Positions 47,313 through 55,933 of a stretch of 64,000 nucleotides of DNA are shown piece after piece; positions within the stretch are counted from its first letter, which is position 1; every line of letters begins with the position of its first letter. The stretch covers positions 16,193 through 80,192 of the forward strand of contig DATLOE010000018.1 in assembly GCA_035536395.1 (NCBI GenBank), given 5' to 3'. Origin of the DNA: Candidatus Dormiibacterota bacterium. Its GTDB lineage: Bacteria; Patescibacteriota; Saccharimonadia; UBA4664; DATLOE01. Under the pieces are notes generated by a model. That model was given only the letters and a program-made list of their open reading frames with translations. It had not been told where the DNA came from and ran no database searches. The translations under genes were made by a program, and so were the position numbers.

Positions 47313-48934
47313 TACTGATTGTTTTCACCTAGGCCTGCGACCTTAATCTCTATCTTAATCCGCTTAACCAGCGGCGGCATATTGGTGGCCCAGACCGGAG
47401 AGAGCTTAATTTCAGCCCGTTCCACTCCAGGCTGGCGGGCAGCCAGCTCCACAGCTTCACCATACTTCTTGCCTTTCATTTCTTTGGCTAGGCTGCCGCG
47501 GTCGATCCTCGCCCCGGCGTAAGCCTCCACCGCGGCATCGAACTTACCACCCTCTTTCTTGGTCAGCTTAATGGTATCCGTGCCATCATCATAAATCTCA
47601 TTCTGGTCGCCTATCTGCTTCTGAATCTGCTTTTTGACCAGTTCCGAGAATTGGTTTTTATCAACCGCCAGAGCAGTGTAGGCGACCTCCATATTGATAG
47701 TCACTTGAGCGCCCTCTTGGTCAACTCCTGGAGTAGGAACGGCCGCGGTCACCTTTTGCTCAATCGATTCATTCAGCACCCGTTTGTCCTTGGCTTTAGC
47801 AACAAGCTCCTTGGTTGAACCTGGCTTGTCTTTCTCCAAGGCCGCCGTTTTGGCCTTATCTATATCACTTTGGGTTACCACCTGAATCGTTTTGGTCGTA
47901 CCGCCCTGCATTTGAGTGCCGCTGATCCTGAAATTAGAGTTTAGCGCCGGACTGGTATAGCTCCTGGGTCCCAGATTGTAATCATCGCCGTTTTGGGCGG
48001 CTGTCACATTCACATCAACAGTAGATGAATTACAGACGCTGCCACCGCCGCTAAATGACCCGCCAGGAACAGTTACAGCATTGTCTGTTGTGAAGTTCTT
48101 ACCCGAAGCGGTCATTACGGTTCCGGCCGGCAAGCTGCGTGAGCTGGAATCCTCACAGTTTTTAATACTGACCGAACCGCTTGCCTTGGTACCCACATCT
48201 TTTTTGCCAGTAGCCGGTCCTTTGGCCGTTAGGGTTTTGGAGACGTCCAGAGCAGTCGCCGGTATAATGCCGTCTTCATAATGAGGCTCCTGGGCATTAG
48301 TATCGGCCGTAAAACTGAAACTAGCATTCACCTGAGCAGCTTTGGCGAATAATGTTACCTTTGCGCTAGCCAAAAAGTAATTAGCGGCCAGTAAAAGAAT
48401 GAGAGCAACTACACCAGCAATAATCCACAGTGTGCGCTTCTGCAGCTGGTTAAAATCCGGTATGCGCTTCTTCTTAGCACCAGCCGGTTTAGCGGCCGCG
48501 GCTAGGGGAGTGGCGGCTGGCTCGGCCAGAGGGGTCTTGTGTACGGCGGGCGGTTCCGGCTCTGAGTGGACTGGCGGGGGAGGGGGAGGCGGGGGAGTAC
48601 CGACTTCCCCTGCATCTACCTCCTCTTCTGGTCCCACCGGAGCTGCCGAGGGCGGGATGCGCGGCTCTTCGCCAACCTTGGAAGCAACTGGTATCCCCAC
48701 CCGGCCGGCCAAGTTACTCGCCTGCTTGTCGTTGGTTACCAGTACCAGCTTCTTGCCGGCATCATCGGCCGCTTTTTTAATCAGTTTCTGGTTTATGACA
48801 GATTGGAAAAGTGTGGAGCGTCCAGCCGCTACCACCTGCACGGTATCACTGTCGAAATGCAGCAGCTTATCTATCGCCGAAGTAATGTCTTCGTCGGTTT
48901 CCAGGTATATTGCGTTGTCTTTGTTTGCTGCCAT
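47312..48934 (-). CDS. Bitopic protein of the CPR 'baseplate-J/gp47-like' type
   Basis: IYLETDEDITSAIDKL N-domain, Pro-rich linker, TM, extracellular KASGSVSIKN...AAQNG..YN region. Confidence 0.6.
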   Translation of the reverse strand: MAANKDNAIYLETDEDITSAIDKLLHFDSDTVQVVAAGRSTLFQSVINQKLIKKAADDAGKKLVLVTNDKQASNLAGRVGIPVASKVGEEPRIPPSAAPVGPEEEVDAGEVGTPPPPPPPPVHSEPEPPAVHKTPLAEPAATPLAAAAKPAGAKKKRIPDFNQLQKRTLWIIAGVVALILLLAANYFLASAKVTLFAKAAQVNASFSFTADTNAQEPHYEDGIIPATALDVSKTLTAKGPATGKKDVGTKASGSVSIKNCEDSSSRSLPAGTVMTASGKNFTTDNAVTVPGGSFSGGGSVCNSSTVDVNVTAAQNGDDYNLGPRSYTSPALNSNFRISGTQMQGGTTKTIQVVTQSDIDKAKTAALEKDKPGSTKELVAKAKDKRVLNESIEQKVTAAVPTPGVDQEGAQVTINMEVAYTALAVDKNQFSELVKKQIQKQIGDQNEIYDDGTDTIKLTKKEGGKFDAAVEAYAGARIDRGSLAKEMKGKKYGEAVELAARQPGVERAEIKLSPVWATNMPPLVKRIKIEIKVAGLGENNQ

Positions 48935-50211
48935 TATGCCTGTAGGGTTTTGCTTAATTTTTGCATAACACTTTCCGTAATGCTACCGGTATTAATTACA
49001 TCCAGGCCCAGGTTTGCCAGTCCCATCGGGGTAATATCGGCATGGCTTGTCAGTTGGCCGGTCTTATCTACTACCCTATTCACTTCCTTGGGAGAAATAT
49101 GGCTCACGATAGGCTGGCGGGCAAAATGCAGACGTTTGTACCACTCTCCCTGTAAAGCCTGTACCACTTGGGGTAGACCGGTACCGCCACCACAAAGCAG
49201 AATTTTAGCCGGCAGGTGGTCGAGCCGGGTGAATTCGGCCAGCGAAAGCTCCACTCCGGAAAGCCAGACATTAATGTCGGCATTCACGGCCTCTTCGACT
49301 GCCTTACGGTCCTCCGGCTTCTCCATTTTACCGGCCGAATACTCCAGTTTCATCTGCTCGGCTTTCTCAAAGCTGACTCCAGCAATCTGGGCAATACGCT
49401 TGGTAAACGAACGGCCACCAATAGCAAACATTTTAGTGCCCTCTACGCCACCATTATTTACCACGGCTATATCTGTAGTGCCGCCGCCGATATCTATGAA
49501 TATGGCGCTGAAATCCGCCGATTGATCATCTCCTACCGATTTAGCTACAGCAAACGGCTCGGCCGCGATATTGATGAGGTTCAGATCTAGATTATTAGCC
49601 ACGCTCTGTAGTGCGCCAATGTGCACCATGGGCGCAAAGGCGTTAAAAAGCTGAATCGTTACATCTCTCCCCTGGAACCCAATCGGATTGGTAACCCGAT
49701 AGCCATCAATCTGCACATCTACAATTGCGGTATTCACCATCTTCACATCTATGTCCTGCTGGCCGGTTTCCCAAGCCAAATTCTCTTTGGCCTTGTCGTA
49801 TGCTTTCACCTGTACGCGATCTAAGATTTTGCGCAGCTCGAGCATTTCTATACGATCGGTGGGGTTCGTCCGCTTGTATCTGACTGTGGTAGAGGTGCCC
49901 TTTACAAGTTCCCCGGCAATTCCCACCACCGCATCGCGGGCCACTACCCCACTCATCTTTTCGGCTGCTTTCAGGGCAGCGTCGCAATTATCTACCACGC
50001 CGGCAATATCTGTGACGGCACCAGACTGCATATCGGTCAGCCTCTGGCGCTGCCGTCCTACACCGAGTATTTCTACAGTTTGATTACCGCCCGGATCGCC
50101 GACAACCTGGCCAACCAGCGCCTTGACGAATTCGGTGCCGATATCTAGTGCTACCAGATATTGCGCGGCTTGACCGCCCTTTTTAAATTTTTCAATAAAT
50201 TTTAAAGCCAT
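48934..50211 (-). CDS. ftsA: FtsA-like actin-family ATPase
   Basis: ALDIGTE, AEP.A, DIGGGTTD, IGG..FT and LCGGG motifs. Confidence 0.75.
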   Translation of the reverse strand: MALKFIEKFKKGGQAAQYLVALDIGTEFVKALVGQVVGDPGGNQTVEILGVGRQRQRLTDMQSGAVTDIAGVVDNCDAALKAAEKMSGVVARDAVVGIAGELVKGTSTTVRYKRTNPTDRIEMLELRKILDRVQVKAYDKAKENLAWETGQQDIDVKMVNTAIVDVQIDGYRVTNPIGFQGRDVTIQLFNAFAPMVHIGALQSVANNLDLNLINIAAEPFAVAKSVGDDQSADFSAIFIDIGGGTTDIAVVNNGGVEGTKMFAIGGRSFTKRIAQIAGVSFEKAEQMKLEYSAGKMEKPEDRKAVEEAVNADINVWLSGVELSLAEFTRLDHLPAKILLCGGGTGLPQVVQALQGEWYKRLHFARQPIVSHISPKEVNRVVDKTGQLTSHADITPMGLANLGLDVINTGSITESVMQKLSKTLQA

Positions 50212-50363
50212 ATGCCCTTTTTTAGCACATTCACTCTCTTATTTTAACCTTAACCAGCTCCGATTACCATAAGCAGATTGGCCCATTTTGGAATTGACAA
50301 TTTAAACCTTTTGTGCTTAAATACCCCTTATCGGTTTTGTCCCGCGTACCCTTTGGAGAGGAT

Positions 50364-50822
50364 ATGATCATCAACCAGGACTTGCTCACAAGAGTTCAGC
50401 ACTGCTATGACTCATGTGACCCACAACGATTCGCATTCCGGATCGTCGGCAAGATGCTCACCAATGAAGACGAGGAATTGGTAGCTGGCCAGTTGAAGGA
50501 GATACAGAAGCTTGTGTACTACCAACTGGCGACTTGCGAGGAGGGTACGACAGCAGAAGTGATACTTGATGAGCTCTGTTCGCGCCATGAAGTACAGCTT
50601 TTAACCCACCAGATACTAGCCATTCTGGCTATGCCATTTGGTACTAGAACAGTTGTGATTCAATATTACGACTGCGTTGGAGGCTCGTTCTGTTGGGATG
50701 AGCTGGAGGAAACACTCCCGCCCGACACCCGCCGGCTCAACGAAGAAAGTCTTTTCTGGACCGACATCAAGAGCCGCAAAAAGCGCCGCCGTGGAAATCT
50801 GCGGCTAGTGCACAGCGCTTGA
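50364..50822 (+). CDS. Orphan hypothetical protein (152 aa, basic tail ending LRLVHSA)
   Basis: TTGACA at 50294, GGAGAGG SD before ATG 50364, terminator downstream. Confidence 0.7.
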   Translation: MIINQDLLTRVQHCYDSCDPQRFAFRIVGKMLTNEDEELVAGQLKEIQKLVYYQLATCEEGTTAEVILDELCSRHEVQLLTHQILAILAMPFGTRTVVIQYYDCVGGSFCWDELEETLPPDTRRLNEESLFWTDIKSRKKRRRGNLRLVHSA

Positions 50823-50835
50823 CCCAACCCCACTT

Positions 50836-50875
50836 AAAGCAAGAACACTTGCCCTAGGCGGGGTTCTTGCTTTTT
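50836..50875 (+). terminator. Intrinsic terminator
   Basis: AAAGCAAGAAC/GTTCTTGCTTT stem with T-tract. Confidence 0.7.
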
Positions 50876-50917
50876 AAAAATAAAAAAATCGCCTCTGTTT
50901 TGGAGGCGAATTTTTTA

Positions 50918-51088
50918 CTACTGTGAGACTTGGGCTGTGGAAACGCTCTGGGCGTTTGACCCCTGCACCGTCAGCTGTCCGGGCGGATGCTGCACGATGT
51001 AGACTGCAACTGTGATGATGGCTGCAAAAAGCAACCCGATGGTCAGCTGCAGAACAGCAGACCCGCTGTCTGCATGATCGTTAATCAT
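50918..51088 (-). CDS. 56-aa pilin-like single-TM protein (absent from the ORF track)
   Basis: AAGAGGGG SD; MINDHADSG|SAVLQLTIGLLFAAIITVAVYIVQ...; tandem TAG TAA stops; terminator at 50882-50916. Confidence 0.7.
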   Translation of the reverse strand: MINDHADSGSAVLQLTIGLLFAAIITVAVYIVQHPPGQLTVQGSNAQSVSTAQVSQ

Positions 51089-51284
51089 TTTGTTTTTCCC
51101 CTCTTATTTGTTTTTGTTCTAAAGGTTACTTTAAAAGTATCAGAAACGCTTATGCTTTGGCAAGAGTTTTTTTCGTTTTTATAAATAAAGGTGTGATTCA
51201 CCAAATTTCCGTCACTAAACATTGACATTTTTGTCATATTTTGTAATTATTCATCCATTCTATCCCCATCCTGGAGGAGGGAAG

Positions 51285-51770
51285 TTGACAGCTGAAGCGA
51301 CCGTAACCGATGTACGTATCTCAGATGATGAGATAGTGCGTACCGTTCGCCGGTGCCAGCGAGAACTCAGAGACGCCAGGCACCGCTGCGTTCGGAGGCT
51401 ATGCGAACTCGTTCTGGACAGAGAACCCACAGTTAAGGAAGTGAGCCTGATGGTTCACCGCCTGCGCCATCTGAGCAAGCAAGGAAGGCTTCGCTGCAGC
51501 TGGAACAAAAAGGATTTGATCGTGGCAATCAAGCCGCCTCGGCAGAAGCGAGCGGCAAGAGAGGGTTCTAGGCACCAGAAGAAGCATCCGCCCAAGACCC
51601 GGCCGCATAAGGTTCGGCCGGCACTGGCAACGGTGGGCGAGGTTCGCTCCTTCAGTCCAGACCCCCCGCAGCCACCACGGCAGCGGATCACCGGTCCGCG
51701 GAAAAAGAGAGTAGTCCATGGCGAAGACCTGAGCTACCTCATGAGCTCCAACCGGGCAGCCGGCTTCTAA
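51285..51770 (+). CDS. Highly basic Arg/Pro-rich orphan protein
   Basis: TTGACA at 51222, GGAGGAGG SD before TTG 51285, terminator at 51771-51820. Confidence 0.65.
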   Translation: MTAEATVTDVRISDDEIVRTVRRCQRELRDARHRCVRRLCELVLDREPTVKEVSLMVHRLRHLSKQGRLRCSWNKKDLIVAIKPPRQKRAAREGSRHQKKHPPKTRPHKVRPALATVGEVRSFSPDPPQPPRQRITGPRKKRVVHGEDLSYLMSSNRAAGF

Positions 51771-51818
51771 CCCGCCCTTTGCAGAAAATCCCGTTCTGCC
51801 AAAGGGCGGGATTTTCTT

Positions 51819-52421
51819 TTATAGCTTTTCTGCAATAATGTCGTAAGCTTCAATTTTGACTATATGGGGTACGTATTTAGAAACAGCCGAACCCTTTTTA
51901 AACGACCGGATGACAAAGCCTATGTTGGTCAGCATCTTCCTGATATCTTCTGATTTATATGAGTATTTATCAAAAATGTATTCAGACATTTTATGAACAC
52001 CGCCGCCCGCGGTATAGCCGATCACTAAAACCCCTCCGGGCTTCAGCGCTTTAAACGATTTCGCTAGTAATTTTTGCAATAGTGATTTATCTAGATACTG
52101 AATGAGGCGGGTCATTAGGATCGCATGGTATGAATCTGATTTAAGTTCAAAGTCGCTCACATCGGATTTCACAAAATTAATCCGGGATTTCACTTCAGGA
52201 TCTGTTATGGCTGATACCCAGCTCAAATCAGCCAGGTCCACGGCGTCTACCTTGTGACCTAAACCAGCCAGGTGGATTGCATTGCGTCCGCCCCCGCAGC
52301 CTAGATCTGCCACTCTGGATTCAGGTAGTAAACCAGGCTCAATAGCCCGCACAACTACGCTTGGGTTAGCGGTGTTTATATAGAACTGCCTGCTATCGTA
52401 AGCTCTTTGCCACTCGTTCAC
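51819..52421 (-). CDS. Class I SAM-dependent methyltransferase (TehB-like)
   Basis: DLGCGGGRNA and LKPGG motifs. Confidence 0.85.
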   Translation of the reverse strand: MNEWQRAYDSRQFYINTANPSVVVRAIEPGLLPESRVADLGCGGGRNAIHLAGLGHKVDAVDLADLSWVSAITDPEVKSRINFVKSDVSDFELKSDSYHAILMTRLIQYLDKSLLQKLLAKSFKALKPGGVLVIGYTAGGGVHKMSEYIFDKYSYKSEDIRKMLTNIGFVIRSFKKGSAVSKYVPHIVKIEAYDIIAEKL

Positions 52422-54238
52422 TTAACTGTTGCTTTTATACGGCGCACGCCTGCGCTGGAAGATTCTTCTTTTGTGATTTTAAATTGGCCTATCTCCCCCG
52501 TGCGCTCCACGTGCGGTCCGCCGCAGATTTCCACGCTGTATGGCTTTTGGCCAGGCTTACCAATTGTATAAACTCTCACCGTCTCGCCATACTTATCGCC
52601 AAAGGCCCCTTTAGCCCCAAGCTTAAACGCCTCTTTGGTAGGATGCTCATTCATGCTCACTGGCAGGTTGGCCTGAATCTGCTCGTTTACTATCCGCTCC
52701 ACCTCCCTCTTCTGCTCATCGGTCATCTTTTCAGAATGAGAAAAATCGAACCGTAGCCTGTCGCTATTCACGTTCGAGCCGCGCTGCACCACGTGTTCGC
52801 CCAGTACCCGCCGCAATGCCTCGTACATCAGGTGGGTGGCGGTGTGGTGGCGGATTGTACCTGATTCATGGTCGGCCAATCCCCCTTTAAACTCCCCCGC
52901 CCCGGCCGTACGCGAACGCTCACGCTGCTGGTTCATTAAGCGCTGAAAATCTTCATCCCACGCCGGGTCGATTGGGATCTTTAAGGTCTTGGCATCTTCA
53001 ATACTAAGCTCTGGCGGAAAACCGTAGGTATCAAAGAGAGTAAAGACGATTTCGCCTGTGAGTTTATCTTTCGCGATTTTGGTAAACTCTCTCACTCCCC
53101 TCTCTAGAGTCTGGCGAAACTGGCTCTCTTCCCGGCTCAAAACATCCAAAATTTGATTCCGGTTTTTCTCGAGCTCGGGGTAGGCCTGTTTGTAGAGATC
53201 TATTATGGTCGGCACCACGTTTTCGCACAGGTCAACGCGGATGCCCAACACCAAGCCTTGCCTGATGGCGCGGCGCGTAAGCCGGCGCATGACATACCCC
53301 CGTCCGATGTTGGAGGGAGCTAGACCATCAGCTGCCATAAATACGGCACTGCGCAAGTGATCGGTAATAATCCTCCCGGCGCGGCCAAGATCGCTATCTA
53401 TCTCGTGGTAGACCTGCTCAAACTCACGGTCTGCTACCTCGAACACCTTATGGGTAATGGCTGCCAGTTGGTCGGTTTTAAATACGGAATCAACTCCCTG
53501 TATCATGGCGGCTGTGCGCTCGAGGCCCATACCGGTATCCACGCTCTTGGTTTTAAGCGGAGTATACTCCCCGCCTGTCTCGCGCTGATACTGCATAAAG
53601 ACGTTATTCCAAATTTCTATGAACTGGTCGCTAAATGGATCGAATTTCGGCTGCTTCTCTTCGCCAATATAGTAGAAAATTTCCGTATCCGGACCGGCCG
53701 GGCTGGTTTCGGCGCCGGTAATCTCCCACCAATTGTCTTTTTTGCCCAGAGCCATAATGCGCTCACCTTCTTTGGCCTCTATTCCCAGTTTTTTGAACTC
53801 GTTCTGCCAGATTTTTATAGATTCATCATCTTTCGGCACCTGCGCCCCGCCCTCATAAACCGTAATGTAGAGCCGGGTTGGGTCGAGCGCCAGCCACTTT
53901 TTATCTACCAAAAATTCCATGCTCCAGGCAATCGATTCGTTTTTAAAGTAATCGCCCAGGCTCCAATTGCCCAGCATCTCGAACATTGTCAGGTGACGGT
54001 TATCCCCCACATCCTCGATATCTACGGTACGGATGCATTTTTGGCTGTTAGCTAAGCGCTTGCCCTTAGGGTGCGCGGCGCCAAGCAAATACGGCACCAG
54101 CGGCTGCATACCGGCGGTGGTAAACAGTACGGTGGGGTCATTCTCCAGGTAAACCGGAGCCGAGGGAATTATTTCATGATCTTTTGATTTAAAGAATTCC
54201 AGAAACTTCTTGCGGATCTCATTCGTTGTCATAGGCAT
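52418..54238 (-). CDS. alaS: Alanine--tRNA ligase (short form, no C-Ala domain)
   Basis: LFTTAGMQP, FEMLGNWS, DTGMGLER, HTATH and CGGPH motifs; ends at GVRRIKA. Confidence 0.95.
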   Translation of the reverse strand: MPMTTNEIRKKFLEFFKSKDHEIIPSAPVYLENDPTVLFTTAGMQPLVPYLLGAAHPKGKRLANSQKCIRTVDIEDVGDNRHLTMFEMLGNWSLGDYFKNESIAWSMEFLVDKKWLALDPTRLYITVYEGGAQVPKDDESIKIWQNEFKKLGIEAKEGERIMALGKKDNWWEITGAETSPAGPDTEIFYYIGEEKQPKFDPFSDQFIEIWNNVFMQYQRETGGEYTPLKTKSVDTGMGLERTAAMIQGVDSVFKTDQLAAITHKVFEVADREFEQVYHEIDSDLGRAGRIITDHLRSAVFMAADGLAPSNIGRGYVMRRLTRRAIRQGLVLGIRVDLCENVVPTIIDLYKQAYPELEKNRNQILDVLSREESQFRQTLERGVREFTKIAKDKLTGEIVFTLFDTYGFPPELSIEDAKTLKIPIDPAWDEDFQRLMNQQRERSRTAGAGEFKGGLADHESGTIRHHTATHLMYEALRRVLGEHVVQRGSNVNSDRLRFDFSHSEKMTDEQKREVERIVNEQIQANLPVSMNEHPTKEAFKLGAKGAFGDKYGETVRVYTIGKPGQKPYSVEICGGPHVERTGEIGQFKITKEESSSAGVRRIKATVK

Positions 54239-54247
54239 TATTCTACC

Positions 54248-55279
54248 TTAGGCAGCGGTAATTATGCCACCGCCTAAAACTAAATCGCCATCGTAGATAA
54301 CGGCCGATTGGCCGGCAGCGATAGCCCGCTGCGGTTTAGCGAACTTGATTGTATCGCCATTAACTTCACAATCCACTAATTCACCGCGATGGCGCAGGCG
54401 TACCTGATACTCCTTACCGTCTTTCGGCGGCTCGTTAATCCAATGCGCGTTCGTAATCCGGATCACCCTACTCTGCAGTTCCAAATCATCAGGATTATCT
54501 GTTACATACACCTCATTCTTTTTCATATCTTTGCCGGTTACAAAGTATGGCTTGCCGCCGCCCACACCCAAACCGTGGCGTTGGCCAATAGTGTAGAATA
54601 TGGCCCCATCGTGAGCACCAATTACTTTGCCATCGCAAGTCTTAATATCCCCCGGCTCGGCCTCTACATACTGCTGCAAAAAAGCCTTCATGCCCACCGG
54701 GCCGATAAAGCAGATACCCTGGGAATCTTTTTTGCCAGCATTTGGTAAGCCGAACTTTTCTGCCAGTTTGCGCACCTCACTCTTTGGGTAGGCGCCGATT
54801 GGCATTAAACTTTTGGCCAAGGCCTGGCTGGTTACGCGGTACAAAAAGTAGGTCTGGTCTTTACCCTCATCGGCCGCTTTGTACAGTTTGCCCCTGGCCG
54901 TCTTGGCATAATGGCCGGTAGCGATTCCGTCGGCTCCGTCGGCCAATGCGGCCTGTAGAAACAGCTGGAACTTAATCTCTTGGTTGCACATTACATCCGG
55001 ATTCGGGGTAAGCCCTTGCTTGTACTCCTCTACCATGTAATCAACCACCTTCTGTTTGTATTCCTTTTGAAAGTCAAAGACTTTGAATGGAATATTGAGC
55101 GCAGCGGCCACGGCGCGGGCATCGGCTAAGTCTTCCTTCCACGGGCACTCGGCTCCAGGCAAAACTTGTGTCCAGTTCTTCATATGCGCGCCCACCACGC
55201 TATAGCCCTCTTTCTGCAAAAGAGCGGCCGTTACGGAGCTATCCACCCCGCCACTTAAACCGACATAGACCTTTTTCAT
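54248..55279 (-). CDS. mnmA: tRNA 2-thiouridylase
   Basis: SGGVDS, TPNPDVMCN, ATGHYA, KDQTYFL and SQGICF motifs. Confidence 0.96.
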   Translation of the reverse strand: MKKVYVGLSGGVDSSVTAALLQKEGYSVVGAHMKNWTQVLPGAECPWKEDLADARAVAAALNIPFKVFDFQKEYKQKVVDYMVEEYKQGLTPNPDVMCNQEIKFQLFLQAALADGADGIATGHYAKTARGKLYKAADEGKDQTYFLYRVTSQALAKSLMPIGAYPKSEVRKLAEKFGLPNAGKKDSQGICFIGPVGMKAFLQQYVEAEPGDIKTCDGKVIGAHDGAIFYTIGQRHGLGVGGGKPYFVTGKDMKKNEVYVTDNPDDLELQSRVIRITNAHWINEPPKDGKEYQVRLRHRGELVDCEVNGDTIKFAKPQRAIAAGQSAVIYDGDLVLGGGIITAA

Positions 55280-55371
55280 AACAAGATAATATAATCTCTT
55301 CTTCCCCAAAGAAGCAAATTATTATGGGGAATCAAAAAAGCCCCGGGAGGGGCTTTTTAATAAGCTTTTAT

Positions 55372-55848
55372 TTATCTTTTTGCTGGGGCGGGTGTTTGAG
55401 TTTGGGTTTCTTTATTGATGTTAAGTGTAGCAACTTCAATCAGCTTGTTGCTGGTAGGGCGATACAGATAAGCCTTTTTGGCCTTGGTGTACAAAAGCAC
55501 CTTGTCGCCGTTCTGGGCGTTAGCAAAGAAGGGTTGGCTCTTGAGCTTACTGGCATCTACCACAGTAGCTACAGTAGGCTCCTCATCGCCAGGAAGAGCA
55601 ACAATGGCGCCCACCTTTTTTATTAGGCTCTGTGCTTCTTCCTTGCTGGCCTGCTGCGGGTTACCGAGTTTCTTCAGCTTGGCCTGAGCTTGCACGTTCT
55701 GATAATACAAGAAGCCGCTTAGCGCTAGCAGTACTGCAATGGCGCCAATAATCGCCCATTTCTTCCATCTGCTCGACTCTTCTAATTTAAGATTTTGAAA
55801 TGAGCTGGGTGGCTGTGCCGGGGCAGGACCTGTGCCGAACTGATTCAT
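55372..55848 (-). CDS. Hypothetical single-TM protein
   Basis: E.PTVATV.D..KL..QPFF.NA.NGDKVL.Y pattern; directly downstream of the giant protein. Confidence 0.7.
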   Translation of the reverse strand: MNQFGTGPAPAQPPSSFQNLKLEESSRWKKWAIIGAIAVLLALSGFLYYQNVQAQAKLKKLGNPQQASKEEAQSLIKKVGAIVALPGDEEPTVATVVDASKLKSQPFFANAQNGDKVLLYTKAKKAYLYRPTSNKLIEVATLNINKETQTQTPAPAKR

Positions 55849-55933
55849 GTATCTCCCTCACATAATTACTTATTACCTACCCAGTATATCCAAGCCCCTT
55901 ATGCTGGTCAAATCCAAGTTTGGTTATGCCTGA

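Noticed and set aside
52418-54238. alaS as a truncated pseudogene
   Set aside because: Catalytic and editing motifs are intact with a clean stop; short AlaRS lacking C-Ala is known in reduced genomes.
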